64,000 nucleotides of DNA from Thalassotalea insulae. GTDB taxonomy: Bacteria > Pseudomonadota > Gammaproteobacteria > Enterobacterales > Alteromonadaceae. Below, piece by piece: positions 63,880 through 64,000 of this stretch. The stretch covers positions 564,109-628,108 of the forward strand of contig NZ_BSST01000001.1 of the NCBI RefSeq assembly GCF_030161395.1, written 5' to 3'. Position numbers and translations under genes: made by a program. The number at the start of each line of letters is the position of its first letter. Position 1 is the first letter of the stretch. The notes beneath the pieces were generated by a model, which ran no database searches, had not been told where the DNA came from, and saw only the letters and a program-made list of their open reading frames with translations.

Positions 63880-64000
63880 ATCACTGACTTCAAACGGAAT
63901 AAACTGTTCAGCACTAGCAGCAAACGGCTGTTTACTATTTTCCCGCTCAATATGTAAGGTATTTCGGGCATTAAACAGACAACTTTTAAAAACACCGACA

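Overview
This 64-kb window comes from a low-GC (about 40%) gammaproteobacterium. Gene order and protein sequences look Alteromonadales-like and marine, possibly Colwellia-like, but I cannot verify that without a search. Most of the window is conserved core genome: rbfA-infB-nusA-rimP (minus strand), the rnfABCDGE-nth cluster preceded by a CsrD-like degenerate GGDEF-EAL protein, and the classic nadA / tRNA-Lys x3 / cpoB-pal-tolBARQ-ybgC / ruvBAC block. Beyond that lie a TonB receptor, aspS, a large periplasmic-sensor diguanylate cyclase, cmoAB, a dGTPase-like gene, a patatin-like lipase and a PhzF-family gene. Between nth (14.1 kb) and a tRNA-Ser(GGA) gene (39.5 kb) lies a variable, accessory-looking stretch. 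It begins with an intact IS30-family element and an intact IS3-family element that bracket and interrupt a small island (split S41 peptidase, DUF1330, LysR, DHFR-like, ArsR plus methyltransferase, PagL-like, glyoxalase, membrane-fused spermidine-synthase-like). The most striking locus follows: a tight three-gene operon encoding an NfeD/YqiJ-like membrane protein, a 660-aa flotillin/SPFH protein and a single 1739-aa coiled-coil protein with one internal AAA+ ATPase module. I cannot assign this giant protein to any characterised family, so I flag the operon as the candidate undescribed system. The accessory stretch ends with a zinc-ribbon protein, a TAT-exported two-subunit molybdenum hydroxylase and a membrane-anchored LytTR regulator. 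Other non-coding features are degenerate tRNA-Ser remnants next to the intact tRNA-Ser, a 50-bp tandem repeat array with an adjacent terminator hairpin, putative ArsR and LysR operator palindromes, and several intrinsic terminators. There is no CRISPR array. All calls rest on reading the translated ORFs and the DNA by eye, and family assignments are from recognisable motifs. No database search was run.
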